From: Octopus vulgaris | Taxonomy: Eukaryota | Assembly (NCBI GenBank): GCA_951406725.2 | Contig: OX597827.1 | Coordinates: 5,146,001 to 5,210,000, forward strand | DNA length: 64,000 bases | Direction of reading: 5' to 3' | Shown: positions 40,589-54,214 of the stretch, one piece after another | Position numbering within the stretch: position 1 is the stretch's first letter | How the letters are laid out: every line of letters begins with the position of its first letter | Program-made: the position numbers and the translations under genes | The notes under the pieces: model-generated | The model's input: only the letters and a program-made list of their open reading frames with translations | What the model was told of the DNA's origin: nothing | Database searches by the model: none

Positions 40589-42126
40589 CATCTTAATTTT
40601 CATTTTGTACCTGCTTCTCACTGAACAAGCATGGGTAAGATCAATTTGTAAGTTTGAATAATGTTTGAATAGGAGGCAAAATGCTTTTAATCAGGTGAGA
40701 CTGGAGGTGAGAGAGTAGTTCTAACTTCAGGTAGAATGCAGTGCTTTGTTCGTTTGGCATCCTAGCTATTCAAGCATAATGATGATTAAAAAATAAAATT
40801 TAATGTTCTGGTGACTACTAAGAATTTGTTATAATTTATTTAAATATCTAAAAAAAAAAAAAGACCCTTATCTCTAGAAAAATGATAGTTTGTCCATATA
40901 GTCTTACAATTTGAAGAATAATTAGTATTGAAGTTAACAGTTATGGTGAAAATTTTGGTCAAGATATGCATGAAAAATGCTAGGAGCATATTGTTAGCAA
41001 TGTTGGTGTTTAACCACAAGTCAGCCCTGATCAAGCTTGCCTCTGATCAAAAGTTTTCCACTGTGTGTTTCTTGGCAAAACATACTCACCACAACTTTAA
41101 ACACTGTGTCCTTCCTTTTTTTAAAAAAATTTGATTGGGAGTGATTTGAGTTTTGGTTACTTTCTTGGTAGGTCAAGTCATTACATAAAGGTGCTCACTC
41201 TGTAAGTATCATCGTTAAAACCACAAGCTCACAAATAATATCATTTAGGTAACAGAAACTTTCTACAATTTCAGGTGAATCATTTCAGCAGTTCACAGAC
41301 TTAATCCCACGTTTGTACCTACTGTTACCTACTCCTGTGCATCTATCATATCTCTTAGTTTCATTGTAGTCTGTACAGTTGTGTGAGTAATGCTTGTAGT
41401 AGATATATATTACTAAGTTATTCCAACTTCTTTCTTAACCGCTAAGCAAGGCTTATGTTTACAATACAATGCAATTTTGTGCTCTGTTATAAACTGTTAC
41501 TATGGTCTTTACCACATTGATCTTTAGGTCTGTTTACCTAATAACATTTTCCTCATTATTGACAATGCTTTGTTTTTGTTTTTTTTTTGTCAGATTTCTG
41601 TAATTTAAACTATGTTATCAGTACAAAAAGGACTTTTATGTCAAGTGTTAAATAGTTTTCTTGGTCACATTGAGTGATCACGTATGCTACTGATTAGTGA
41701 AAGCTTTTTAACCTTATGGTGTACAAGGAAGCTTGATTAGTGCTGGTAACCTGATAAATTGCACTCAGTACACTCTGTAAAGTGCAGAAAAACAAAGAGA
41801 GACAACATATTGTTGAAGGGACACTTTAATCTTATTAAGGACAACAACCTAGAGTAGGTGCTATAATAAAATACACTCAGTACCCTCTGCAAAGTTGTTG
41901 CTGTTAGGAAAAGTTATTTAGTCATGGATATTGAGCCGAATATGAAACATAGTAGTGAAAATGGACTGAATAAGAACTGACTAAGAATTTAACAACCCAT
42001 CAAACCCATACTGGCATGGAAAGTGGATGTATGGGGATGATGACAGCTGCAACAGTGGTGCTGACAAAAGTGATGAGAACAACAAAGACAATGATGTTTA
42101 ACAAATTTCCAGGAAATTACCTTTAA

Positions 42127-42348
42127 TCCTTTCGTTACTGTATTTATTTTGAGATGCTCTGTGTTTTGTTCAATTAATTTTAAATATAACAAAGAATTTA
42201 GTAAAATAACTCAGTTATCATTAAGCTAGTGTTAAGAACATAAATTGTGACAATGGTTTGGTGGAAGATTTTAATTCAAAACTTAAAAAAACAAGACATT
42301 TGTACCACTGAACCAGAGCCGGTTTCAGCCGGGTTGGTAATGAAAGGG
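42127..42348. mobile_element. piggyBac-type (TTAA) MITE
   Basis: TTAA-TCCTTTCGTTAC ... GTAATGAAAGGG-TTAA; homologous to 42972-43188. Confidence 0.8.
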
Positions 42349-42475
42349 TTAAGGCTTTATCAAACGTCTATTTACAGAAATGGAAAACAGGCCTTATATT
42401 TAACAGTCTCAGATTTACAATCTGGGACATGGGAATAAAAAAAAAAATTTCTGTAAAGTATAAAGGAATAATAAT

Positions 42476-42734
42476 GTGTCGGTGGCACATAAAAAACACC
42501 ATCTGAGCATGGCCGTTCGCCAGCCTCGTCTGGCACCTGTGTCGGTGGCACATAAAATCACCCACTACACTCTCAGAGTGGTTGGCGTTAGGAAGGGCAT
42601 CCAGCTGTAGAAACATTGCCAGATCTGACTGGCCTGGTGCAGCCTTCGGGCTCCCCAGACCCCAGGTGAACCGTCCAACCCATGCTAGCATAGAAAGCGG
42701 ACGTTAAACGATGATGATGATGATGATGATGATG
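42476..42734 (+). mobile_element. SINE family 4 copy with 16-bp TSD
   Basis: ATAAAGGAATAATAAT occurs at 42460-42475 and 42735-42750, flanking a (GAT)n-tailed copy. Confidence 0.88.
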
Positions 42735-42971
42735 ATAAAGGAATAATAATATGTAATAATTTTCTTAGTTTTTCAGTTCTGCTTTTTTATCATATTTGAA
42801 ATGGATCTGCTAAAATTGATGTTTACTGTAAATATAACTTAATTTATCTGATACCAACCCATCTGAAACCACCTCCGTTGGTTTGGGAAACAAACTTCCT
42901 GTTTGAAAGTGATCTAAACTAAAACCTTCATCAGAATTTTATGTTAATTAATGTTTCAAACACCAAATTAA

Positions 42972-43188
42972 CCCTTTTGTTACCATATTTCTGTTGAGAT
43001 GCTCTGCGTTTCAATTATTTTAAATATGACAAAGAATTTAGTAAAATAACTTAGTTGTCATTCAGCTAGTGTCAGGAACATAAACTGTGACTAAGATTTG
43101 GTGGAGGATTTTAATTCAAAACTTATGAAAACAAGACATTTGTACTACAGAGCCAGAGCTGGTTTCAGCCAGGTTGATAACGAAAGGG
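42972..43188. mobile_element. piggyBac-type (TTAA) MITE
   Basis: TTAA-CCCTTTTGTTACC ... GATAACGAAAGGG-TTAA. Confidence 0.8.
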
Positions 43189-43382
43189 TTAAGAATGACA
43201 AAGTTCTTAATTTTTTCCAAAATTGATTGACTGCAGGAACCAATAAGTGAGCAAGAAGCCCTATTAAGTATGTTTTAGAAGACTAGAAATTCAAATCCAA
43301 ATGCTTTCAATAAGATGAATATTATAAAGGGAAATGGTCACACCCTGCCGTGCACACATGAATACCCAAACACAAACATACA

Positions 43383-44168
43383 TAGGCGCAGGAGTGGCTG
43401 TGTGGTAAGTAGCTTGCTAACCAACCACATGGTTCTGGGTTCAGTCCCACTGCGTGGCATCTTGGGCAAGTGTCTTCTGCTATAGCCCCGGGCCGACCAA
43501 TGCCTTGTGAGTGGATTTGGTAGACGGAAACTGAAAGAAGCCTGTCGTATATATGTATATATATATATATAAGTGTGTGTGTATATGTTTGTGTGTCTGT
43601 GTTTGTCCCCCTAGCATTGCTTGACAACCGATGCTGGTGTGTTTACGTCCCCGTTACTTAGTGGTTCGGCAAAAGAGACCGATAGAATAAGTACTGGGCT
43701 TACAAAGAATAAGTCCCGGGGTCGATTTACTTGACTAAAGTCCGTGCTCCAGCATGGCCGCAGTCAAATGACTGAAACAAGTAAAAGAGTAAAAGAGTAA
43801 AGAGTAAGATACATACATACGTATGTATATATGTATATATGTATGTACATACAAACAAACAATCATATCTCTGAGTCCAATGTATTTTCATTTTCGCCTG
43901 TAATATTTCCATAGATTTCTTTATATTTCCTATGTAGATGAGTAGATTATGGCCCATGATATTTGCCAAACCGCTAAGTGATGGGGACGTAAACACACCA
44001 GCATCGGTTGTCAAGCAATGCTAGGGGGACAAACACAGACACACAAACATATACACACACACTTATATATATATATATATATATATACGACAGGCTTCTT
44101 TCAGTTTCCGTCTACCAAATCCACTCACAAGGCATTGGTCGGCTCAGGGCTATAGCAGAAGACACTTT
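43383..44168. mobile_element. Inverted pair of SINE family 1 copies
   Basis: 43383-43806 (+, full length) and 43962-44168 (-, partial) are near-identical. Confidence 0.9.
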
Positions 44169-44397
44169 CTGAATGGCATGCTTAACAAAATTTATCTTGA
44201 GTTTCTTTGGTGGAGTTGTCTGCCTGGTGATGAGTTATGTCACATGCAGCCCAACTATCAAAAAAAAGGTTGTCCATGCCTACCCTAGAGATTTATTTCT
44301 CATCCATTTGATACCATAATACTAGGATTAGGTGGTAGGCTTCATTGAGTTCTTGTAGATGAGGTTTCAAATAACTTCCTTACTGCTCAGGAGACGT

Positions 44398-44447
<50 letters not shown>

Positions 44448-44569
44448 GAGGGAGAGTGAGAGAGAGGGAATGAGATTGCTGTTGACTATGTAGTAATACT
44501 CAACCTACGCTTATATATGTATATACACACACACACATATACATATGTTTTTATGCACGTATGTGTATG

Positions 44570-44621
<52 letters not shown>

Positions 44622-44811
44622 TATACATATATATATATATACATAATGTAAAAGCAATATTATTTGACTGAATCCACACTTTGTTTCATTCATTTATCAG
44701 GAAATATTGTTCATATAATCAGTCAGTAACATGAAACTCAGAGTTTTTATTCAAGAAGTTTCATGTTTTAATAATATATAGGAACTCTACTTTACGCACA
44801 TACACATGCAC

Positions 44812-44854
<43 letters not shown>

Positions 44855-45839
44855 TTCTCTCTCCCACCACTGCTGTTACACATCATCTCGTCTTCGAATC
44901 CTATTCTTTTCTAAGACATGATTCAAGTCCTATAATATGTCTCCTTTGGCCAAAATCTATTCTGGCTATCCCTTGTGTTACATCTCCCACATCACATCAG
45001 AAAATTGTGTCTCATCTATTAGCATTGCTTATACATATTTATTAAACCTGGCGATGTCTGTGTATTCTGAAAGCATGTTTTCTTTACCTGGAGATTAAAA
45101 TTTATTCAAAAGGGAGAAAGATCTTGTTACAGATTGTTTCTATGAAGGAAGAAACTTTATTCTATTCCTATAAAACATACAACAATGTACTTACTTTTTC
45201 TATAACAAAATTTCACACTGAAGGATTATATAGATATTCTGTACGTACACATAACATTACACAAATTCTTGTTACTACTTTATACATATATTCACAAGGC
45301 AAAAGACACTGTTATTAGCATTATTTTTTGTTTTCACTTTGAATATGCTATTTGGCAGCAGTTTTAAAAGAAATCTTTACATGCTTATAACAAGCCAGTC
45401 TTGGAAACCATATTAGAATTTCAAAACTGGAACATGTTATTTCTAGCAGTGTGCTTTCTCTTGTGTACATACAGGTGTGTGTGTGTGTGCATGCGTATGT
45501 GCACACACACAAAATACCTGTAAGTGACAGAGGATTCCATATCTATGTAAAATATATGTATTTATTGAGGGGATGCAGATGCAATTTGCCACTGTGACTG
45601 ACCAGTTTCGTCATAACAGATAATCATTGTGATTCTTCACTGATGTGACACGAATTAGTGACTGAAAATTTGTACCTTCAAACCCCCGACTAAATATATA
45701 TACATTTGTGTATACATATATATATATATATATATATATGAGAGGTAATGGTGTCAGTGAGACCCAAAGATGTCAGGTAATGCTGAATAAGTTTTCAAAT
45801 TGAAAACAGGAAACAGTTTCCGATTTGACCTTACTAATA

Positions 45840-46205
45840 CATTCCCTACTTCTCGGTCACTTTAAATAAAACTCTTGATTCAATAACACTGTGTATAAAC
45901 TCTATACTTGGAATGACCAATTTTAAATACTATTGGATTTTACTCATAAGGTATTGGAATTTTACATGTATACCATTCTGCCTAAATAATGGATCTACAA
46001 ATACAATATCCATGCATATCTCACATCTATTTTCACTCCTCCACCTCACTCTCTATTTCGTATCTTATCTAAATTAACTATTGCTTAACCATCTTCTCAC
46101 ACCATCTCCACTGAAGGGATATAATAAATATCCTAGAAACAGCTGTGAGACCTATTTATAAATGTTCTAAAATCTACACAGCCTTAGTTTTTTATTACAT
46201 TACGG
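45840..46205 (+). mobile_element. Second degenerate copy of the same PLE-like 3' region (HHR relic 46104-46151)
   Basis: GGGATAT(AATAA)ATATCCT-A-GAAACAGCTGT-G-AGAC, followed by TTATAAATGT...CAGCCTTAGTTTT shared with 36870-36910. Confidence 0.5.
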
Positions 46206-46222
46206 AAAAATTTATATATATA

Positions 46223-46389
46223 TAGGCGCAGGAGTGGCTGTGTGGTAAGTAGCTTGCTTACCAACCACATGGTTCCGAGTTCAGTCCCACTGTGTGACAT
46301 CTTGGGCAAGTGTCTTCTGCTATAGCCTCGGGCCAACCAATGCCTTGTGAGTGGATTTGGTAGACGGAAACTGAAAGAAGCCTGTCGTA

Positions 46390-46431
<42 letters not shown>

Positions 46432-46650
46432 CGTGTGTATGTTTGTGTGTCTGTGTTTGTCCCCCTAGCATTGCTTGACAACCGATGCTGGTGTGTTTAC
46501 GTCCCCGTCACTTAGCGGTTCGGCAAAAGAGACTGATAGAATCAGTACTGGGCTTATAAAGAATAAGTCCCAGGGTCGATTTGCTCGACTAAAGGCGGTG
46601 GTCCAGCATGGCCGCAGTCAAATGACTGAAACAAGTAAAAGAGTAAAAGA
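46223..46650 (+). mobile_element. SINE family 1 copy
   Basis: Full-length family match. Confidence 0.9.
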
Positions 46651-48998
46651 GATATATATATATGTATGTATGTATGTATATATTGTCAAGGAGTATATTC
46701 CTGATTTTGGTGTATATTTGGATTTGTTCAGATTGTTACCTATGTTTTCATGCCAACTATTGTATTTGTCAATATTGATGCTTCCTCAAATATGCTCCCA
46801 GCCATGAGGTGGCATCAATATTGCAAAGTGCAATATCTTTTTCTGACTGATGGACGGGTAACTGATAATACATATATGATTGTGTTGTGTGTGTGTGTGT
46901 GTGTATACATATATACACTCATGCATATACACACATCCAATATACCAATATACATTATTTACTACAAGCATATCCCATGTTTGTATTATACATTTGTTTG
47001 CATTCAATTTAGCAAGTGATTTAAGTGACGATAAAGCTTTTAAATGCATATTTCTTCGCATTGTTAGTTATCTGTGTCATTTAAATTGCTTCCTTTAAAA
47101 ACTTGACGTATTTATTGTCACTTCTTCAAAACATATATTACAATAGCCACATGCTTTTTGCCTCTTTCTTCATATTTAAAATATAATTGCTTCTGTTTTG
47201 TATGTTAAGTGTAACTGTCTGCATGCATTTATATGTGTATATATGCAGCTGCTACAAGTATGAGAATGTATGAGTACAGCTCTCTATAGTCATATATAAT
47301 ATATATGTGGTTGTATGCATGTGTGGCATGTTTGTATGATGCTGTCTCCATATGTATACATATGTACATATATATATGCATATATATATGTGCATATATA
47401 CAGGGTGCTATTTTATATTTTTCATACATGTGCATCATTTGTTTGTGATTTTCTTGACTACACAGTATAGTAGGGTCAGTTGGGTACCAACTGTGAGAAA
47501 AACAAAACCATGATGCAATTCACTCTGCTAGAAATTTGGAAACAAAAGCTCCATTATGAACATTTCAGAGTGTTTGGATGTCAATTTGAGGACATGTACC
47601 AAAAGTGATAAAAATCAAACATCCAGTCAACATCATGGTGTTTGGAGTCTGACTGAGCAGACCTACTACCAGTGACATTCCAGCCCATCATTTTTCAAAT
47701 ATAATATAGTTAGGACTGCTCTATATTATGCCATCAGCTTTTTTTATTTTAAGGCAGTAAAGTGTAATCTGTATAAGTTGTAGCTGTTATTACTAGCAGA
47801 TCGAGTGGTTACATATAGCTGTGGTTCTTAGACTCTTTAAATTTTTGGTGCACTGAAAATCAAATGATTTCTTATTTGTTGGACATGGGCTTGAAAGCAG
47901 AGGTGCTGGGGGTGCAAGCACGTCTAAAATTTTTGTCGGGCAATGAAAATGCTTTGAACATCTTCCTGAAAAACTTCAACAGATTTAGGCTTTCCACACA
48001 CTCGGCAAATTTTGTTCCTGCACTTATTGGGGTACTTTGTTCAGAAAGTTGGAAGGAATAAGACAACATAAAAAAGAATGTAGAACAAGAAAAACAAAAC
48101 TATATTTAAGCGTTAAAAATTGCCTATGTTTTAATGCTTAGCTTATGATTTGAGAGTAATATGGTTGCTACTTCTAACAGGTTGAGCTACCATGTAGAGT
48201 AGTGGTTCAATTAAAACAACTAACATGTTCATTATTAACCGTTTTATTTTTTTTATCGTTTAATCAAAATAGAAGGCTGTACTCATTACCCTATTTAATA
48301 TGAAAAATTTTTAATGTTTCACACCAAATTATGTGACAGCTCATAACACAAGATAAGCCTCTGCCCTTCATCACTCATTTATCCATGTTTTCCATCATTC
48401 TTTATTCTAAGAGTGATCTCTTTTGCTTTTTGTATTACAAATTTTTGAGTTATCAGTTGGATAAAAATATTTTGTGTAGATTATTTACAGTTTATCTGAT
48501 TTTAGTGTCCGGAGTGATCTTCTAGTTTTCCTACTGCACAGCACCAGCCCTACTCCCTAATAATACTAAATGCTTTCCTCTATTCTTTGGGGTTATATCT
48601 GTTCATTCATTCCTTTTATTCCCACTTGATCTGATTGCAAGAAAGCCAGAATGAGGGAATGATAGAAGTGAGCAAACAGAACAGTAAGCTAACTGCAAAA
48701 CTCAGTTACATGATGGTTATTGGTAAGGAGATTTAATAGACACACACATACTCTACACATGCTAACATAAAAGGATGATGATAGTGTATGGTGCATGTTG
48801 AACATTTCATTGCTTATGTTTGTGTGTGTGTGTTTGTATCTGTGTAGAACTCTGTAAGTGAATAATACTTATTCTTAATGTGGATGTGTTAAAGTGTGAA
48901 ACATACTCATGTCTTGTGCCAGCAGCACACACAAATGCACACTTATGCATATGTATATATATCTACACACATGTGCATACACCTTCTTCTATACCTCT

Positions 48999-49079
<81 letters not shown>

Positions 49080-50739
49080 GTATGCATGAATACCTTGTCA
49101 TTTTCATTTTACCATAGATGATTTGGTTTTGTAGAATTAGCATATTTTTAGAGTAAGTATAGCAAATGGGTTTTTTATATGTCTATATCTAATTGCATTC
49201 AATTGACAATGCCAACCAAGGATAAAACCAGTATGACACCTATTTTTCACTTTGTCAGATGAAGACAAGCAGAGTAATATATTTTACCTTGTAACGGGTC
49301 ATCTATCAATCACGTATGACTTGAAGCTAGATTAGTGTTATTGTAACAGGACAGAGAAATAGATTGGTAGTCATGAATAAAATGTCAATCTCTAGAGAGG
49401 AATGGGCCTCTTGTCACAGATTAATGGTGAATTGAGTGTAAATTACATAGAAACATGGTACCATGGATTAAATTCATTCATACAAAGTGTTATTGTCCAA
49501 CTTGAGATTAGCTGTGATGGAACAAATACGTTGTAATTAATCCATCTGTTTTAAAACACAGTGTACCAAGATGATCCTTCCTGCTGTCATTGTTTAGCCC
49601 CAAGTTGTCACTGATAAATTAGAGCCCTGATTAAAGGCATTCCAATCATGACCATTCCATCAATTTGTATATTAGGAACTTCACTGCCCAATGTGCACTT
49701 ATTTTATATTTTGATAAAGTATAATTTGAGGGAAATTTAGCTGCTACTTCCAGTAGATTGAACAAACACACAGAGGTCTCTTTATTAGTTTAAATGAATG
49801 TTACACTGCTAATGTGAAATTCTCAAAATTCCTAATAGACAAAACTTCTTCCTTTGAGTAGTATATTCAAAGAAAGCTGTATTGTTTCTTCATATAATGC
49901 CAGAATAACTGGAAGAAGCAAAATTCAGTTGTCATTTCTAGCAGTCATAAAGACTATATAAAGGTTTCTTCATTGGCTTGCGTATAGCATGTATATTCTA
50001 TGGCAGCTATATAGCTATCTTTGTTGTCATCTATACTGTGCATCTTAGATTCTTCTACATTACAAGGTGACATTTTTATTATATAGAATATCATCGGAGA
50101 AAATCCTGTTTAATTTTATGCATCTCTACAACTATTGTATCTTTGAAATAAGAAAAAGTAAAGACAAATTTCAAAAACATTATATAAATAGTTCGCTTTT
50201 AGGAAGTTGTAATACTTCAATTTCGATAAGTTTGTATGCTATGTGGAGACAACAGTCCTGACATTTTGAGAATGCTGTTTAATCGTATTTGCTAGTATTC
50301 TGCATTCACTTCAACATTTTATCTGGATAAGCTCCACAAGGAAATATTTAAATTATTGTCTTTTAATACTTTACGTTTCAGAATATATAAAAATAAATAA
50401 ATAAATAACATATACACAGTTATTTGGCTAGACCAGTAGTTTTTAAATGGTGCATTGCAGCAGACTGGTGCACTGAAAGGAGTATCTAGGTGCACGATAA
50501 ATATTTCACCTTAGTGAGGGTGGTGAAACAGGGACTCTGACTTCTTAATAGAGGACAAAGACCATTCAGTTCGATTGATGTTGGTAAGGACAAACAATGT
50601 CAAGCTGAGGACATGTGAAAGCTAATATGGCACAGGAAATTCTGTTGTGGTGAAATTCACTTCAGTTGCTCTGCTTGAATAAAAAGGTGGCTTTTTAAAA
50701 CTACAATTTAATGCTTTAGAAAATTGATGTTAATGGATT

Positions 50740-51028
50740 GGCATAGGAGTGGCTGTGTGGTAAAGTTATAGGTGTAGGAGTGGCTGTGTGGTAAGTAGCT
50801 TGCTTACCAACCACATGGTTCTGGGTTCAGTCCCACTGCATGGCACCTTGGGCAAGTGTCTTCTACTATAGCCTTGGGCCAACCAAAGCCTTGTGAGTGG
50901 ATTTGGTAGGCAGAAACTAAAAGAAGCCTGTCATATGTATATATATATATATATATACCAGAGTAAACACATAAATCTGTTACTCTGAGTAACAGGTTTT
51001 GTTGAATTTTCTGCTGCCTTTGAATAAA

Positions 51029-51086
<58 letters not shown>

Positions 51087-51318
51087 GTATGTATGTATGT
51101 GTGTGCATATGTTGTGTGTGTGTGTTTGTCCCCCCAATATTGCTTGACAACTGATGCTGGTGTGTTTACGTCCCCGTAACTTAGTGGTTCAGCAAAAGAG
51201 ACCGATAGAATAAGTTCTAGGCTTACAAAGAATAAGTCCTGGGGTCGATGTGCTCGACTAAAGGCGGTGCTCCAGCATGGCCACTGTCAAATGACTGAAA
51301 CAAGTAAAAGTGTAAGAG
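50740..51318 (+). mobile_element. SINE family 1 copy with duplicated head and an insertion in its microsatellite
   Basis: TAGGAGTGGCTGTGTGGTAA occurs twice, and foreign sequence lies at 50958-51030. Confidence 0.85.
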
Positions 51319-51386
51319 GGTATATAGTGGTATATACACTTCTAGAGAGTACCCCGACATTGCCACATTCCAATGATTGAAACAAA

Positions 51387-51784
51387 TCTTTATATATAAA
51401 AGAGAGGTTGTGTGCTGTCCGTCTCCTATGATTTAGATTCCTAACTACTCCCACATTTTGAGGTGCAGTTTAACCAAAACCGGGTATCTTATAGTCGTGA
51501 TTCATATCGAGCCCTTCTGGGTATTAGCGTGCGTCTACGATGAGTCTACGATTTAAAAAAAAAATTACCATCAATTTTTCCCATTTTTAATGCATTTTTG
51601 GCATATATAAGGGAAGTAACTCTCTAAAAATTTATTATTAAATCTCAGAACGTAAAAAGCTACAGTAACACCCCGCCCCTTTGTGGTTAGCCATATTGAG
51701 ATGGCTATTATACTTTACATCTCTAAAAATGCTTATATAGTTATTTCCCTTACAAACCCGAGCAACGCCGGGCGATACTGCAAG
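51387..51784 (+). mobile_element. Non-autonomous Helitron (body A) inserted in a SINE tail
   Basis: Same termini as the other copies (CAAG variant). The flanks rejoin to GAAACAAA|TAAAAGATAAAA. Confidence 0.88.
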
Positions 51785-52290
51785 TAAAAGATAAAATATA
51801 GTATGATAAATAAAACAAGGGATGCAATAGCTTTATGTTTTTGTTTCTAAATTTTTATCTTTCAAACAGCTTATTCTTAAAAAAAAAAATCCCCCTATGA
51901 GATGTACACTTGTATTATATTTGTTTGAACTCCTGTACAACAAATAGTCAAAAACATTCAGAACCACTGAGCTAGAAATATTTGTTCAATCATTTAGTTT
52001 CCATGCTTTTAATTAGCGTTATCTTCTAATTATAGTATGAAGAATGGATTGGTCCATTCCATAGAGTGTTGGACGTAATGCTTTGTAGTGTTTAGTTACA
52101 CCTTTTCATGTTTTGATTTCAAATACTACCAAGGCCAGACTTCTGGGACCAATAAAACAAAGGCCAGTTTATTATTGGTTGACATCTAATCAACTATACA
52201 CACTACCTTGCAAATTTAATGCTTTGTGATTATGTATGAAATAGATATTTAATTAATAAATCTGTCAGGAGGCTATTCTTATCTTGAACA

Positions 52291-52373
52291 GGTAAACGTG
52301 ATCAAGCAGTCTACAGCACTGGTTTAAGGCACCAGTCTCTTCAGAGGCATGGGTTTGAATCACAGCTTTGCCA
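52291..52373 (+). pseudogene. tRNA-Leu(AAG) pseudogene
   Basis: GGTAAACGTGATCAAGCAGTCTACAGCACTGGTTTAAGGCACCAGTCTCTTCAGAGGCATGGGTTTGAATCACAGCTTTGCCA aligns end to end with metazoan tRNA-Leu(AAG). Many differences are CpG transitions, and the A/B boxes are damaged. Confidence 0.8.
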
Positions 52374-53337
52374 TAACTAATTAATCTTATACAATAAACA
52401 TACATACATACATTTAGCCTCGTCACAAACCTCAAATTATACATATACAGTATGTGTGTGTATGTGTATAGGTTTTGTGATGTCAACAGGAGAATAGAAC
52501 TCATAACGTATATATGTTTTTTATTAATGATCAGCAAATGTCATAGAACGACTAAGTGATTTTTTTACGTGACTTTTTGCGACAAACTTTTTGTACAGTA
52601 ACAAATTTTATAATCTAAAGGTTAACTTCATGAGTAAATTAAAAACATTCCGGGCCGAATCCGAACCTGCAATCCTGAAATTTTGGATTACTATGTTTTC
52701 ATTAATATGATTGTTTTTGGCAATTTTTTTTTACATGATTTCATATGCCATAGCATCAATATTTAGCTGGTCTGTGATCACAGGATGCCTGCTGCTGAAG
52801 AAGTTCAGTAGACTGAAATCACATGATCTGGTAGTTCAGACACCTGTTACAGATGATTCTTGATTGCAATATATATGTCTCTGCTTTTAGGCACCATGCA
52901 TTTATATGAGAGGACCTCTCAAGGTTAATACTGCCGTATTCAGCATTCAAACTAGTCCCCCATATTAAGTTGGTTATAAAAATAGTTGTTTGGTACTAAT
53001 ACTGCTTCTGTCACTGCTGTGCGCCTCCTTGCCTCTGCCCATGTAGCTGGGATCGTATCTCCACCTAGTGCTTCCTGTCTGACGAAGACCATGCGTTTAT
53101 CCTTGCCTATCTCAATGACATTTCCAACATACACATGTATGATGTGTGTGTATGTATATATGTGTATGTATATGTATGTGCGTGTATATATACATATACA
53201 TAAACATATCTATCTATCCAACTGTTCATTTGTCTGTCTCTCTGTATATGTATATGTGTGTCTGTGTGTGTATGCATGTATCTCTATCTCTCTTTCATTC
53301 AATCTCTGTCTGTCTGTCTCTGTCTACCCCCCCTCTC

Positions 53338-53388
<51 letters not shown>

Positions 53389-53432
53389 GATCATTATGAA
53401 GTTACCTTTAATTCCTTTTTATATCTACACAG

Positions 53433-53485
<53 letters not shown>

Positions 53486-53632
53486 GTATATGTATAAGGA
53501 GTGTTTGTATGGTAAGAAGTTTGATTCCCAGCCCCTTGGTCCTGAGTTCAGTCTCACTACATGGCATCTTGTGAGTGGATTTGGTAGAGAGAAACTGATA
53601 AAAGCTCATTATGTATATATATATATATATAA

Positions 53633-53664
<32 letters not shown>

Positions 53665-53874
53665 TTGTCCCTCACCACAGCTTGTCAACTGCTGCTGGTT
53701 TGTTTATGTCCCCATAACTGGTTTGGTAAAAGAGACCGATAGAATAAGTACAAGGCTAAAAGAAACAAAAGTACTGGAATTGATTCATTTGACTGAATTC
53801 CTTTAAGATATTGCTCCAGCATGGCTGCTGTCTAATGACTGAAACAAGTAAAAGAATAAAAAGAATATATATTT

Positions 53875-54214
53875 CCGCCTCGACTGGCTTCTGTGCCAGT
53901 GGCACATAAAAAGCACCATCCGAACGTGGCCGATGCCAGCCCCGCCTCGACTGGCTTCTGTGCCAGTGGCACATAAAAAGCACCAACCGATCGTGGCCAG
54001 TGCCAGACCCCTCTGGCACCTGTGCAGGTGGCACGTAAAAAGCACCCACTACACTCGCAGAGTGGTTGGCGTTAGGAAGGGCATCCAGCTGTAGAAACAC
54101 TGCCAGATCAGACTGGAGCCTGGTGCAGCCCCTGGCTTCCCAGACCCCGGTCGAACCGTCCAACCCGTGCTAGCGCAGAAAACGGACGTTAAACGATGAT
54201 GATGATGATGATGA
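53875..54214 (+). mobile_element. SINE family 4 copy
   Basis: Reverse-complement homolog of 233-600, truncated within the tandem array. Confidence 0.85.

Noticed and set aside
47864-48069. Short ORFs on both strands as a host exon
   Set aside because: There are no convincing splice sites or recognisable homology, and the length is within chance range.
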